From: an uncultured bacterium
Lineage (GTDB): Bacteria; Chloroflexota; UBA5177; JANWHV01
Direction: 5' to 3'
Assembly (NCBI GenBank): GCA_963827235.1
Contig: CAWHAE010000012.1
Coordinates: forward strand, 1,312,001-1,376,000
Length of the DNA: 64,000 nucleotides
Shown: positions 49,364-59,868 of the stretch, in pieces
Numbering within the stretch: position 1 is the stretch's first letter
Layout of the letters: the number at the start of each line of letters is the position of its first letter
Program-made: the position numbers and the translations under genes
The notes under the pieces: generated by a model
What the model was told of the DNA's origin: nothing
Databases searched by the model: none
What the model saw: the letters and a program-made list of their open reading frames with translations, nothing else

Positions 49364-49803
49364 GAGTCCTACCTCATCATCTGAAATGCGGGTGTGTGCC
49401 ATTGCGTCGTGAATTCGCCGCTCTGCCTCGGCCCATCCCCTGCTGGTCGTCCGCAAGCCTGGCGGCAACCCGAGGAAACGAGCAACCCCACGGATGCCTG
49501 GCCTGCGTCCCGCGCCCGAAGGCTTGAGCAGACAGACGCGAGCTGAATCCCAGTCCATGGCCGTGTCTATGCCATAGTCCTTCGTGGTCAGGTGCAAGTA
49601 GTGCACGCGGCGCCGGGTGAGCAGGAAGACCGGCGTTGGAGACTGCGGCAATAGCGTGCTATGCTCTGGGTGCTGTCTTGCAGCACTCGATCGGGCAGGA
49701 TCGAGTTACCTCAGGTGGGCCGCGCCTTCCTCATGTTGGCGCGGCCTCTGCTTGCCGTGTGGTATCACCTCCTTCCTCTGTACTGCGCGCCGCTGCAGGC
49801 CTC

Positions 49804-50895
49804 CTAGACAGCCAGCGCGTCATCCGGAAACACATGTGGACGGACAGCGGGACCGCTGCGAATCTGATAGGGCAGAACGATCTCCTGGCGGATATGCGGG
49901 CCGCTCTCCTCGAGGCGCTGTACCAGGCGCCTGGCCGCCGTCACGCCCATCTCGTACGCCGGCTGCACGACACAGGTGATCAGGGGAACTCCCGGCAGCG
50001 AGGACACCTCGTCGAAGGCAGCCAGGCCAAACGTCTCGGGCACGCGCAGTCCACGCTCGTGCAGGGCGCGCAGGGCACCCACGGTAATGGTGTAATTCGC
50101 ACTGAACAGCGCGTCGATCGACGGCATGCGATCGAGGAGGGCGTGGGTGAAGCGATAGCCGGTCTTCTCGTTGTACGTCCCGTGGCACTCCAGCGACGGG
50201 TCATACGGAATGTTCGCGGCGGCGAGCGCGGCGCGATATCCCGTGGCCCGATCGCGTCCCGTCATAGAATCCTCCGGCCCGGAGATGTGACCGATGCGGC
50301 GATATCCCTTGGCGAGAAGATGCTGTACGGCCTCCCGAGCTGCTGCGACGTTGTCGATAACCACGGCATCCGACACCTCGTCCGGCAGACGCTGATCGAC
50401 GCTCACGAGAGGCATCGCATGCTCGTGAAAGAGCTTTACGGACGGGTCGCGACCAGAGCGCGGCACCACGATGGCGCCGGCAACGGGCACGGTGACCATG
50501 AGCTCGATGTACTGGCGGTACTCGCGCACGCCGAGCGGATCTTCCTGAAAGTTGCACAGAATTGGCAGGTAGCCATGCTTCTTCAACGTCGCCTCGGCAC
50601 CGCAGAGGATCTCCATGAAGAACGGGATGCGAATATCGGCGATCAGCAGGCCGACCATCACCGACCGGCCACCGGCGAGTGAGCGCGCGGCGCGATTGGG
50701 CCGGTACTGCAGCGACGCGCAGGCCTCGCGTACCCGTTGTGCCATTCGCGGCTCGACTGTGGCCACCCCGTTGAGCACGCGCGACACCGTGGCGGTCGAG
50801 ACGCCGGCAGTGCGAGCCACGTCCCGTATGGTTGCCGCGTTGCGCGTGACGCCAGCGTCAGACGGTTTCTCAGCCGGCACCTGAGGAATCCTCAT
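49804..50895 (-). CDS. LacI-family regulator
   Basis: ATIRDVARTAGVSTATVSRVLN, YRPNRAARSL. Confidence 0.93.
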   Translation of the reverse strand: MRIPQVPAEKPSDAGVTRNAATIRDVARTAGVSTATVSRVLNGVATVEPRMAQRVREACASLQYRPNRAARSLAGGRSVMVGLLIADIRIPFFMEILCGAEATLKKHGYLPILCNFQEDPLGVREYRQYIELMVTVPVAGAIVVPRSGRDPSVKLFHEHAMPLVSVDQRLPDEVSDAVVIDNVAAAREAVQHLLAKGYRRIGHISGPEDSMTGRDRATGYRAALAAANIPYDPSLECHGTYNEKTGYRFTHALLDRMPSIDALFSANYTITVGALRALHERGLRVPETFGLAAFDEVSSLPGVPLITCVVQPAYEMGVTAARRLVQRLEESGPHIRQEIVLPYQIRSGPAVRPHVFPDDALAV

Positions 50896-50915
50896 CCGTT
50901 CTGCTCAGACTGCTT

Positions 50916-50931
50916 GAGTAACCGCTTACTC
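50916..50931. promoter_or_regulatory. LacI-type operator GAGTAACCGCTTACTC
   Basis: Palindromic with a central CG; second similar site GAGCAACCGTTTACTG at 51046-51061. Confidence 0.75.
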
Positions 50932-50942
50932 GGAATAGCTGC

Positions 50943-50971
50943 ACTCTAGCACGTCAAAATGCGCGCGTCAA
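50943..50971 (-). promoter_or_regulatory. Sigma70-type promoter of the lacI-ABC-fucosidase unit
   Basis: TTGACG-N17-TAGAGT with an extended TGn. Confidence 0.7.
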
Positions 50972-51254
50972 GACCTCTGCCAGGCAAATATCGAGGCTGT
51001 GCCTCATGCCGAATCTTGCCGTCCGGCAATGCATCCGGTCTCGCCGAGCAACCGTTTACTGACGAGAACGGGCTCGTGCGGCTGCCGCGGATGCTCCGCC
51101 TGCGGGCCCTTGTACAAATCCCACTTCTTCTGCTACGACTACCAATGGGCCGCAGTGTCGCGCTGCCGGCATATCCCGCTCCCTCGTCCGCCGGCGCACC
51201 TGAGGCCACATCACGCGCGATCATGCACGCCGCCTAGTCCAGTCGGAGAGTGAG

Positions 51255-52310
51255 ATGGAATATCGTCAACTCGGGCAGTCGGGCCTACGCGTTTCGGTGC
51301 TCTCGCTGGGCACCATGACCTACGGTGGACGGGGCGACTTCGCGAAGACCGGCGCCGTCGACGTCGAGGGCGCTCGCCGCTATCTCGACATGGCTCTCGA
51401 CGCGGGCATCAATCTCGTCGATACCGCCGACATCTATTCCTTCGGACTCTCAGAGGAGATCGTCGGTAAGGTGGTCGCCGGGCAGCGCGATCGCGTTCTG
51501 CTCGCCACGAAGGCCCGCATGCCGATGGGCGAAGGGCCGAACGACGCCGGACTGTCGCGTCACCACCTGATCCGCTCCCTGGAGGCAAGCCTTCGGCGCC
51601 TGGGCACCGATTATGTCGACCTCTATCAGGTCCACGAGTGGGATGGCCATACGCCTCTGACGGAGACCCTGAGCACGCTCGACGCAATGGTGCGGGCGGG
51701 AAAGATCCGCTACATCGGCTGCTCGAACTACGCCGCCTGGCAGCTCGTCAAGGCACTGGGTGTCTCCGACCGGCTCGGCTACCAGCGTTTTGCCAGCCAG
51801 CAGATCTACTACTCGCTGCAGGCCCGCGAAGCCGAGTACGAGCTCATTCCGGCCGGCCTCGACCAGGGTGTCGGCGTGTTGGTCTGGAGCCCGCTCGCCG
51901 GTGGGTTGCTCTCGGGCAAGTATCGTCGCGGCAAGGATACGCCTGAAGGCACCCGCAGACTGGCAGGCTGGGACGAGCCGCCCGTACGCGACGAGAACCA
52001 GCTCTACGACGTGGTCGAGACGCTGGTCGAGATCGCCGAGGGCCGGCATGTCTCACCGGCGCAGATTGCCCTCGCCTGGCTGCTGCGCAAGCCGGGTGTG
52101 AGCTCGCTGGTAGTCGGCGCCCGCACGGAAAAACAGCTTGCCGACAACTTGCAGGCTGCCGACCTGCGGTTGACCGACCAGGAGCAGGGCCGGCTGGATG
52201 CCGCGAGCGCGCCGCCGCTCCTCTATCCGTTCTGGCACCAGGCCGCCACGGCTGCCGATAGGCTGAGCGCGGCCGATCTCACGCTTCTGGCGCCGCACAT
52301 CCATCGCTGA
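51255..52310 (+). CDS. Aldo/keto reductase
   Basis: LGTMTYG, DTADIYS, LATK, SLRRLGTDYVDLYQVH, WSPLAGGLLSGKY. Confidence 0.93.
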   Translation: MEYRQLGQSGLRVSVLSLGTMTYGGRGDFAKTGAVDVEGARRYLDMALDAGINLVDTADIYSFGLSEEIVGKVVAGQRDRVLLATKARMPMGEGPNDAGLSRHHLIRSLEASLRRLGTDYVDLYQVHEWDGHTPLTETLSTLDAMVRAGKIRYIGCSNYAAWQLVKALGVSDRLGYQRFASQQIYYSLQAREAEYELIPAGLDQGVGVLVWSPLAGGLLSGKYRRGKDTPEGTRRLAGWDEPPVRDENQLYDVVETLVEIAEGRHVSPAQIALAWLLRKPGVSSLVVGARTEKQLADNLQAADLRLTDQEQGRLDAASAPPLLYPFWHQAATAADRLSAADLTLLAPHIHR

Positions 52311-52384
52311 GCGCGCACGACAGGCGGCGTGGGACGGCGTGCTACGAATCCGGCAGGAAATCGGCTTCTGCGGTAACCTATAGG

Positions 52385-53313
52385 TTGTGGAGGCTGAGGA
52401 GCAGTCCCCGGTTCGCGTATCGGCATGAGCCGGGCTGCAGACTCCGAAGGATCGTACGCGTGCAGCACGATTTCACCGGTTTGCAGCTCATACGTGGAGT
52501 TGAGCCAGGCTCGTCCGCCGGCGTCGTCGAGTCCGGGTCACGTGGTGAGCCCGGCGCTGTGCGCACGTTCAAGCGGAGCCCCGACGTCGTCTACGCGGTG
52601 CTCATGCGCTACGTTGCGGGCACTCCGATCGGCTCGGATCCGGCACACGGCCCTGTGAGCGCAGCGCCCATCGATCTGCGCGAGGCCACGCTCGCGCTGC
52701 GGGGCCACGCGCCCACCACCGGCACGGAGACCGGTATGCCGGATGCGGATGCCGCGACCTGGGTTGTCGTCAGCTCGTCGGCGCCGACCGCGATCGTGCT
52801 GGGCACGGCCGGCAAGGATGCGCCCGAGCTGACCGTCCACTGCGAGATCGGGGACGGTGGGCCGGGCACTTCGAGCCTGGCCCTATTCCCGAGATCTCCG
52901 GCGGCAGCCTCTTCGGCCGCGCCGGCAGGAAGCGCAGAGCCGAAGAGCTCTGCCACGAGCTCATGTCAAAAGCAGCCCTGGCTATCATCCGCTATGCCGG
53001 GAGCACGCAGCCACGTTGCTCGCCCCGCGAGTTCACGCGCGCCAGCGCGCTTCTGTTGGCGGGCGGCGCCACGTTCCGGGGTGAGCTGCGCGATATCAGC
53101 GCCGGCGGAGTCTCGGCCACGATCCCGAGGCATGCGCTGGATGCGGACGTGCCGGCACGCATTCCGGGCGCCGGTCCCCCGTTGGGTGGCGAGCTCGGCA
53201 TGAGCGGCACGCTGATCACTCGCCTCAATGGCGCGCACGTCACGATGCCCGTGCGGATCGTCCACGTCTGGCCGGTCGCACACGGCGTGCGCGTCGGCAT
53301 GCAGCTCACCTGA
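52385..53313 (+). pseudogene. PilZ-domain protein with a probable frameshift near 52885
   Basis: The C-terminal frame has RCSPR and DISAGG c-di-GMP motifs and stays open back to ~52885; the N-terminal part is in another frame; start uncertain. Confidence 0.6.
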
Positions 53314-53659
53314 TCGGGTGAGCGAAAGCCGGTACGGCGCCAACGCTGAGCTTGCCCCGAATCGTAAGGGTGTGGCGCATGCATCCGAGCCGCTGAGCGC
53401 CGGCGGGCGCAATCCGCCACAGACCGTCAGATGGACCCGGCGCACGCCTGGCCGGCGCTGCCCCAAGAGCCCGATCCGGGCCTTGCTCGTCACAGACGTG
53501 CCGTGCGAGGCCGGGGTATGAACCACTTCCTTTGCGCGCCAAACGGGCTCACCAAAAGGTCCAATCCACCGAAGAGGCTAGCCACCATGTGCCGGTGCGC
53601 CTGAGCTCGGAACATGGTATTGTGGCACTAGATGCAGCTAAGCTGAGGATCTAGGTGGA

Positions 53660-54079
53660 ATGGCCGCTCAATATGCTGACGTGTCGAAGCCGACCACGTC
53701 GCAGCGCACGATACTGGTAATTGACGACGACGTCCCGACACTCGAGCTCCTCTCGGCCACATTCACCCTCGAGGGCTACCGCGTTGTCGACGCGATAAAC
53801 GGTCGCGAGGGCCTCAGCCGGATGGTCAGCGACAGGCCGGACATCGTGCTCTGCGATGTGCTCATGCCCGACATCGACGGGCGCGGTTTCTCCGAGGCTC
53901 TCCATGCCCACAACGTGTTTAGGGACACACCTCTCGTGCTGGTGAGCGCAGGGCAGGAAGCCACGGTGGCCAAGGACATCGAGTATACCGCCTTCGTGGA
54001 GAAGCCGTTCTCCATCAGCGCCCTCATCGCGCTGGTGAAGAGCCTGCTGGACGCGCCGAAGCCGCACCAGACAGGCTGA
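53660..54079 (+). CDS. Single-domain response regulator
   Basis: ILVIDDD, PDIVLCDVLMPDIDG, VSA, KPF. Confidence 0.9.
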   Translation: MAAQYADVSKPTTSQRTILVIDDDVPTLELLSATFTLEGYRVVDAINGREGLSRMVSDRPDIVLCDVLMPDIDGRGFSEALHAHNVFRDTPLVLVSAGQEATVAKDIEYTAFVEKPFSISALIALVKSLLDAPKPHQTG

Positions 54080-54197
54080 CCGGGTGGGCGATCCATGTAG
54101 GGCCGCGCACCGGCGGCGCCGCTAGTCCCAAGTCTGCTACCGTGAAATGCGTGGGCTATGTGTCCATAGCAGGAGAAGCAGAGAAGGGATTAAGGTC

Positions 54198-54644
54198 ATG
54201 CCGAACGCCGCGTTGAGCACCGCGCATGCCGCTTGGGACGGCGATCTGATTCACGGAAAGGGAAGCTTCACGCTCGGCAGCGGGGCCGTGGGCGAGTTGC
54301 CCGTTACCTGGGCGGCTCGAACCGAGCGTACGCCGGGTGCCACGAGCCCCGAGGAGCTCATTGCCGCCGCGCACGCGGCGTGCTATGCCATGGCTTTCTC
54401 GCATACCCTGGCCGGCAAGGGCACGCCGCCGACCCACCTGGACGTCACCGCGACCTGCACCTTTGCACCTGCCGACGGCGGCTTCAAGATCAGCGCGATG
54501 GCGTTGCAGGTGCGTGGGCGCGTGCCGGGCCTGGACCAGGCGGGCTTTGAGGCCGCTGCCAAAGAAGGCGAGCGAGGCTGCCCGGTTTCCAACGCCCTGC
54601 GCAATAACGTCGAGATCACGGTCAAGGCCGAGCTCGCCGGCTAG
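54198..54644 (+). CDS. osmC: OsmC-family peroxiredoxin
   Basis: SPEELIAAAHAACYAMA, GCPVSNAL. Confidence 0.9.
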   Translation: MPNAALSTAHAAWDGDLIHGKGSFTLGSGAVGELPVTWAARTERTPGATSPEELIAAAHAACYAMAFSHTLAGKGTPPTHLDVTATCTFAPADGGFKISAMALQVRGRVPGLDQAGFEAAAKEGERGCPVSNALRNNVEITVKAELAG

Positions 54645-54767
54645 CCTCCGCTCAGCCGCCGGGGCTGGATGCGCTTCGCTCGTCCAGACCGCGGATTCAC
54701 CATGGGCGGGCCGTGACGTCTCATCACGCCCGGCCCGCTCGCCGGCGCGGGTCACCGAGCAACAGCG

Positions 54768-55785
54768 CTACTCGGCGCAGCTCAGCACAATCTTGCCGAA
54801 CTGCGTGGAATCCTGCAGCCGCGCCTGGGCCGCGCCGGCTTCCGCCAGGGGAAAGACTCTGTCGATAGCCGGTTTCGCCACGCCGGCGGCAAACAGATCC
54901 ACCATGGCCTTGAACTCGGGCGGCGTGCCCATGGTCGATCCGCGCACATCGAGCTGCTTCCAGAAGATGCGACGCAGCACCATGCCGGGCACCGCGCCCA
55001 GCGTGGAGCCGTAGATCACCATGCGAGCGCCCGGTCGCGCCACGTCGAGAACCTGGTTGAAGAAATCGCCGCCCACGCTGTCGATCACCACGTCCGGCCC
55101 CTTGCCGCCCGCGGCAGCGCGGACCTGCTCCACCCAGCCGGTCGCTCGCAGAGTTAAAGCCGGCATCGGCGCCCAGCGCCGCGGCTCGCGCCAGCTTCTC
55201 GTCGCTCCCGGAGAGCACGAGCGTGCGCGCGCCGAGGTGGCGCGCGAAGATCAAGGCGAAGGTCGCCACTCCGCCGCCGATGCCCGTTATCAGCACCGTC
55301 TCGCCGCGCGCCACCCGAGCCCGCGTCACCACCGCCCGGTAGGCAGTGAGCCCGGCCAGGGGAATGGCCGCCGCTTCCTCCCACGACAGCGGCTCGAGGC
55401 TTGGGCACGACGGCGCTCGCCGGCACGCACACGAGCTCGGCGTACGTGCCGTTCTCCGGCAGGCCCAGAATGCGCCAGCCGGGCCCCTGGATCGCGGGAT
55501 CGTCTCCCCAGTCCAGCGAGGGGTTGATCACCACCTCCTGGCCGGTCTGCACCGTGGTCACGCCGCTCGCCGACCGCGGCTACGATGCCCGCGCCGTCGG
55601 AGCCGGGGATGATCGGCAGCCGTGATGCCGGCATACCGGCCGGTACGGATATACGTGTCGCGGCGGTTCAGCGCCGCCGCGCGGAGCCGTACCACCACCT
55701 GGCCCGCGCCGGCCACCGGGTCTTCCACCTCCTCCAGACGCAACACCTCGGGCCCGCCGATCTCGCGCTGCACGATCGCTCGCAT
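54768..55785 (-). pseudogene. MDR/quinone oxidoreductase-like dehydrogenase broken by four frameshifts
   Basis: Successive frames: MRAIV..GGPEVL..LNRRD / PGSDGAG / GTYAELV / LITGIGGGVA / GSTMGT..FGKIVL. Confidence 0.85.
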
Positions 55786-56258
55786 TGGCTTCCTTCCTCC
55801 ACGGACTGGCCTCGCCGTCGCCGCTCCCCCGGCCCGTCTGCGCGGCGGACGCGGAAGGCCGGCACCAGACCGCACCTACCTCGACCCTTGCCGACGCGGG
55901 CGCCCTGCAGATGGCTCCCATTGTCCCCTCGTCCGCGTCAATGAGTGCCGGCCGGCGGCTGTTGTGGGTTATCCGGATTCACCTCTTGAGAACGCTGCAG
56001 CCGCCGAGGTCATAGTGGAAATGGTCGCGTGCCCAGCACCTTGCCTATGGACTGAGAACCCACGCGACCACCTTACCCGCGTGTCCTCCCGGGCGCAGGA
56101 AGCAGCCGCGCTATCACCAGCGATTCCCTATCATGTGGGTAGAGCGTGCTGCGGCGGCGAGGAGAGACAACCGTGAAGCGATCGTGCGACGATGCCGGGC
56201 TGCTGCCGGCCACGTGCGAGCGCGCTCGAGCGGGGCGTACCCAGGCGGAGCATCAGGC

Positions 56259-57509
56259 GTGAGTCCAGCTCCGGCCGGCCGCGAGCCGGCTGCGAGCGAG
56301 ATACCGCCCGCGGATTCGGGCCCGCCGTCGCGCGGCACGGCGGCGGAAGTCTTTCTGGCCGCCCTGAAGCTCGGACTCACCTCTTTCGGCGGCCCGGTCG
56401 CACACCTCGGTTACTTTCGCGCCGAGTACGTCGATCGCCGGCAGTGGATCGACAACGCTCGGTATGCCGACCTGGTCGGCCTCTGCCAGTTCTTGCCGGG
56501 CCCGGCCAGCAGCGAGCTCGGCATCGCGATCGGCATAATCCGGGCCGGCCTGCTGGGCGGCATCGCCGCCTGGCTGGGCTTCACCCTGCCTTCGGCCTGC
56601 GCGCTCACCGTCTTCGCCTTCCTGGTGCGAAGTGGCAACGCGGTAGACTCCGGGTGGATACACGGACTGCAGATCGTGGCGGTTGCCGTGGTTGCCCAGG
56701 CCGTCTGGACCATGGCGCGAAGCCTGGCGCCGGATCGGCCTCGGGCGACGCTCGCCGTGCTTGCCGCCATCGTCATGCTGATCACGAGCTCGCCCGCCGC
56801 CCAGGTGCTGGTAATCGCGGCCGGCGCCCTGCTGGGCTGGCGCTTCCTGCCGACGGAGAAAGGCGACGAGCGTTCGCACCTGCCCGCCACGGCCGGCCGC
56901 CGGACGGCGCTCGTCGCAGGGACGATTCTGGTCGCCCTGTTGATCGGCCTGCCGCTGCTGCGACGGTTCATCTCCGCGCACTGGCTGGCCCTGGTGGACG
57001 GATTCTACCGTGCAGGCGCGCTCGTGTTCGGCGGCGGTCACGTCGTCCTGCCCCTCCTGCAGGCAGCCGTGGCAGCGCCGGGTTGGGTGACGAACGCCCA
57101 GTTCACAGCGGGTTACGGTGCCGCGCAGGCCGTGCCGGGCCCTCTCTTCACCTTCGCCGCCTACCTGGGCGGCGTGGAGGGCCCGGCACCAAACGGCGTG
57201 GCCGGCGCCGCGATCGCCTTGAGCGCCATCTTCCTGCCGGCCTTTCTGTTCGTGCTGGCGGCGCTACCGCTCTGGAGCGCGCTGCAGGCCCGCCCCGCGG
57301 TAGGCACGGCACTCCGCGGCGTAAACGCGGCGGTAGTCGGCTTGCTGATCGCCGCGCTCTACAACCCGGTGTGGACCAACGCGATTCACCGCTCCCTGGA
57401 CGCCGCGCTCGCCCTAGCCGCCTTCGGGCTGCTTGCGATCTGGCGCCTGCCGCCGTGGTTGGTCGTCCTGCTGGCCGCCGGCGGCGGCGCCCTCATCGCC
57501 ACGCGCTGA
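56259..57509 (+). CDS. chrA: Chromate efflux transporter
   Basis: SFGGPVAH, QFLPGPAS, FGGGHVVLPLL, QAVPGPLF. Confidence 0.92.
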   Translation: MSPAPAGREPAASEIPPADSGPPSRGTAAEVFLAALKLGLTSFGGPVAHLGYFRAEYVDRRQWIDNARYADLVGLCQFLPGPASSELGIAIGIIRAGLLGGIAAWLGFTLPSACALTVFAFLVRSGNAVDSGWIHGLQIVAVAVVAQAVWTMARSLAPDRPRATLAVLAAIVMLITSSPAAQVLVIAAGALLGWRFLPTEKGDERSHLPATAGRRTALVAGTILVALLIGLPLLRRFISAHWLALVDGFYRAGALVFGGGHVVLPLLQAAVAAPGWVTNAQFTAGYGAAQAVPGPLFTFAAYLGGVEGPAPNGVAGAAIALSAIFLPAFLFVLAALPLWSALQARPAVGTALRGVNAAVVGLLIAALYNPVWTNAIHRSLDAALALAAFGLLAIWRLPPWLVVLLAAGGGALIATR

Positions 57510-57604
57510 GCCGCCGCCCAGTTGCCGGCACAGACTATTAGCTTCTCGGGGAGTACTATGAAGGACAACGTGGAACCGGATCAGCGTCCCAAGGGAGTCC
57601 GTCT

Positions 57605-57832
57605 ATGGCTACAGTCGTCACCTTCATGCAATCGCTCGGGGCTCGCCTCATGGTCCAGCTGGCCGGCAGGCACGGTGTTGCCTGGGTGCTCGGCTCGACA
57701 CTCGGCCTCGCCGTGATCGGCGCGGTCGCGACGAACCCGGCAGTCGCCGGTACGCCGTCGCGACCTGCCACGGTCCAGCCCAATGCGACAGTGGCCTCGC
57801 AGCCCAGCCATCACTGCGACGGCGACTGGTAG
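57605..57832 (+). CDS. Small hypothetical secreted/membrane protein
   Basis: GGGAG RBS, hydrophobic stretch ending AVA, short tail ending HHCDGDW. Confidence 0.45.
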   Translation: MATVVTFMQSLGARLMVQLAGRHGVAWVLGSTLGLAVIGAVATNPAVAGTPSRPATVQPNATVASQPSHHCDGDW

Positions 57833-58378
57833 CCGCTGCGCCCAGACGCGCAGCCCTGCCCGGCACGGGCTCAATCGGGCCTTGCTGCTGGAGGAGGGCG
57901 TCCGCAATAGCGCTCCGCCGAAGAGCCTCGTTCACGGGCAGCACCGGCACTCGGTGACTATTGGCAGCCTGTGCTCTCAGCGCCGGCGCCTGATGGACTG
58001 CGCCGAGCCTGCGCGCACGGAATCGCGGCAGCATGCCGGGAGCGATCGTGCTTGCCCACACGGCGTGTCGCAACCCCCGTGGGCAGGCAGCGAGCTGCCG
58101 AGGCATGGGCATGGACCACGCCGCCGGCCACCGTCGTCGCGGCGCGGGCGCCTTCGTGGTGTGCCTGCTCTGCCGCACGCGGGAAGCTGCTCGCTTGCAC
58201 TGACGGCCCCGGCGCGGACCCGAATGCACCGTGCCCGGTCCGATGCACGCGAGCAAAAAGCGGCACGAACAGGAGGCAAAGAGGAGTAGACTGAGTGCAG
58301 GGCTTGGCAGTGCGGCGATCGCGCGAGCGGCATGATCGTACTTGGAACTGAGTCCGCTTGTACAGAGAGGAGGTCGCC

Positions 58379-59341
58379 ATGTACGCCCGCAAGCTTGGTC
58401 GTACAGGTCTCAAAGTCTCACCCCTGTGCCTGGGCACCATGCAGTTCGGCTGGACGGCCGATGAAGCAGTCTCATTCACCGTGCTCGACACCTACGTCGA
58501 GGCCGGCGGCAATTTCGTCGACACGGCCGACGTCTACACGCGATGGTCCGAGGGCAACCCCGGCGGTGTGTCGGAGCAGATCATCGGCCGCTGGATGAAG
58601 GCGCGCGGCAACCGCGAGAGCATTGTGCTGGCCACCAAAGTGCGCGGCGCCATGGGCGCCGGTGCAAACGACCAGGGGCTCTCACGCCGTCACATCGTCG
58701 GCGCCGTCGAGGCGTCGCTCAGGCGGCTGCAGACCGACTACATCGATCTCTACCAGGCCCATTTCGACGACGAGGATACGCCGCCCGACGAGACGATGAG
58801 CGCCTTCGACGATCTCGTGCACCAGGGCAAGGTTCGCTACGTCGGCGCCTCAAACTACAGCGCCTGGCGGCTTACCCGTGCTCTCTGGGAAAGCGACAAA
58901 CACAGGCTCGTCCGCTACGAGAGCCTGCAACCGCACTACAACCTGGCCCACCGCGAGGAGTTCGAGCGCGAGCTGGAGCCGTTGTGCCGCGAGCAGCATC
59001 TCGCCGTCATACCCTACTCCCCTCTGGGCGGCGGCTTCCTCTCCGGCAAGTACCGCTTGGGCCAGCCCTTGCCCGAGAGCGCGAGGACGGACAGGATCGT
59101 CAAGAGCTATCTGAACGAGCGCGGAATGCGCGTGCTGGCAGCACTCGACGTCGCCGCCTCGCAGCATGAGGCCACGGTGGCGCAGGTTGCGCTGGCCTGG
59201 CTGCTGGCCCGGCCGAGCATCACGGCGCCCATCGTCGGCGCCAACACGCCGGACCAATTGCGCGAGCTCTTGCCTGCCACGGAGATCAGCCTCTCGCTCG
59301 AGGCGATCATGGCGATCGACGAGGCGAGCACCTGGACGTAG
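58379..59341 (+). CDS. Aldo/keto reductase
   Basis: AGGAGG RBS; [42 protein letters not shown]. Confidence 0.93.
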   Translation: MYARKLGRTGLKVSPLCLGTMQFGWTADEAVSFTVLDTYVEAGGNFVDTADVYTRWSEGNPGGVSEQIIGRWMKARGNRESIVLATKVRGAMGAGANDQGLSRRHIVGAVEASLRRLQTDYIDLYQAHFDDEDTPPDETMSAFDDLVHQGKVRYVGASNYSAWRLTRALWESDKHRLVRYESLQPHYNLAHREEFERELEPLCREQHLAVIPYSPLGGGFLSGKYRLGQPLPESARTDRIVKSYLNERGMRVLAALDVAASQHEATVAQVALAWLLARPSITAPIVGANTPDQLRELLPATEISLSLEAIMAIDEASTWT

Positions 59342-59388
59342 CCTGCGCCGATCCCTCTATGGCACTTGGGGACGTCGAATCGGAGATA

Positions 59389-59427
59389 GACACGGGCTGC
59401 CGCTCCGGCAGGGCGGCAGCCCGTGTC
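59389..59427. terminator. 15-bp hairpin between convergent genes
   Basis: GACACGGGCTGCCGC-N9-GCGGCAGCCCGTGTC. Confidence 0.65.
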
Positions 59428-59451
59428 GCGTTCGGAGACCGAATAGCGCGC

Positions 59452-59868
59452 TCAGGCCGTCTTCAGCTCCGAGGTGCAGAAAGCGCAGCGAGTAGCGGCC
59501 GCGGGCACCGAGCTCAGGCAGAACGGGCAGTCCTTGGTCGTGGGCGCGGAAGGCACCACTTGCGTCTTGCGCAAGGTCAAGAAGAGGTTCAACGGCTTCA
59601 CCACGAAGAAGAAGATCGCGGCGGCAATGATCACGAAGGCAATCAGCGCGTTGATGAAATCGCCGTAGCGGAAGATACTGCCATGAATCGTGAAGGTGAG
59701 GCTCGAGAAGTCCGCCTTGCCCGGGATGGAGATGATTGGCGTGATGATGTCCTTCACCAGGGCGTTCACGACGGCTGAGAAGGCAGCTCCGATTACTACC
59801 GCCACTGCAAGGTCAACGACATTGCCGCGAAGAATGAACGCCTTGAACTCGCTCGCCAAGTTGCCCAT
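59452..59868 (-). CDS. mscL: Large-conductance mechanosensitive channel with C-terminal zinc ribbon
   Basis: EFKAFILRGNVVDLAVAVVIGAAF, YGDFINA; tail CPFC-X10-CAFC. Confidence 0.93.
   Translation of the reverse strand: MGNLASEFKAFILRGNVVDLAVAVVIGAAFSAVVNALVKDIITPIISIPGKADFSSLTFTIHGSIFRYGDFINALIAFVIIAAAIFFFVVKPLNLFLTLRKTQVVPSAPTTKDCPFCLSSVPAAATRCAFCTSELKTA

Noticed and set aside
54768-55785. Programmed frameshifting in the MDR dehydrogenase
   Set aside because: Four breaks without slippery heptamers fit error or decay better.
56021-56071. GGTCGCGTG...CACGCGACC hairpin upstream of chrA as a TPP-like riboswitch
   Set aside because: Only CTGAGA matches; the other conserved TPP elements are absent.
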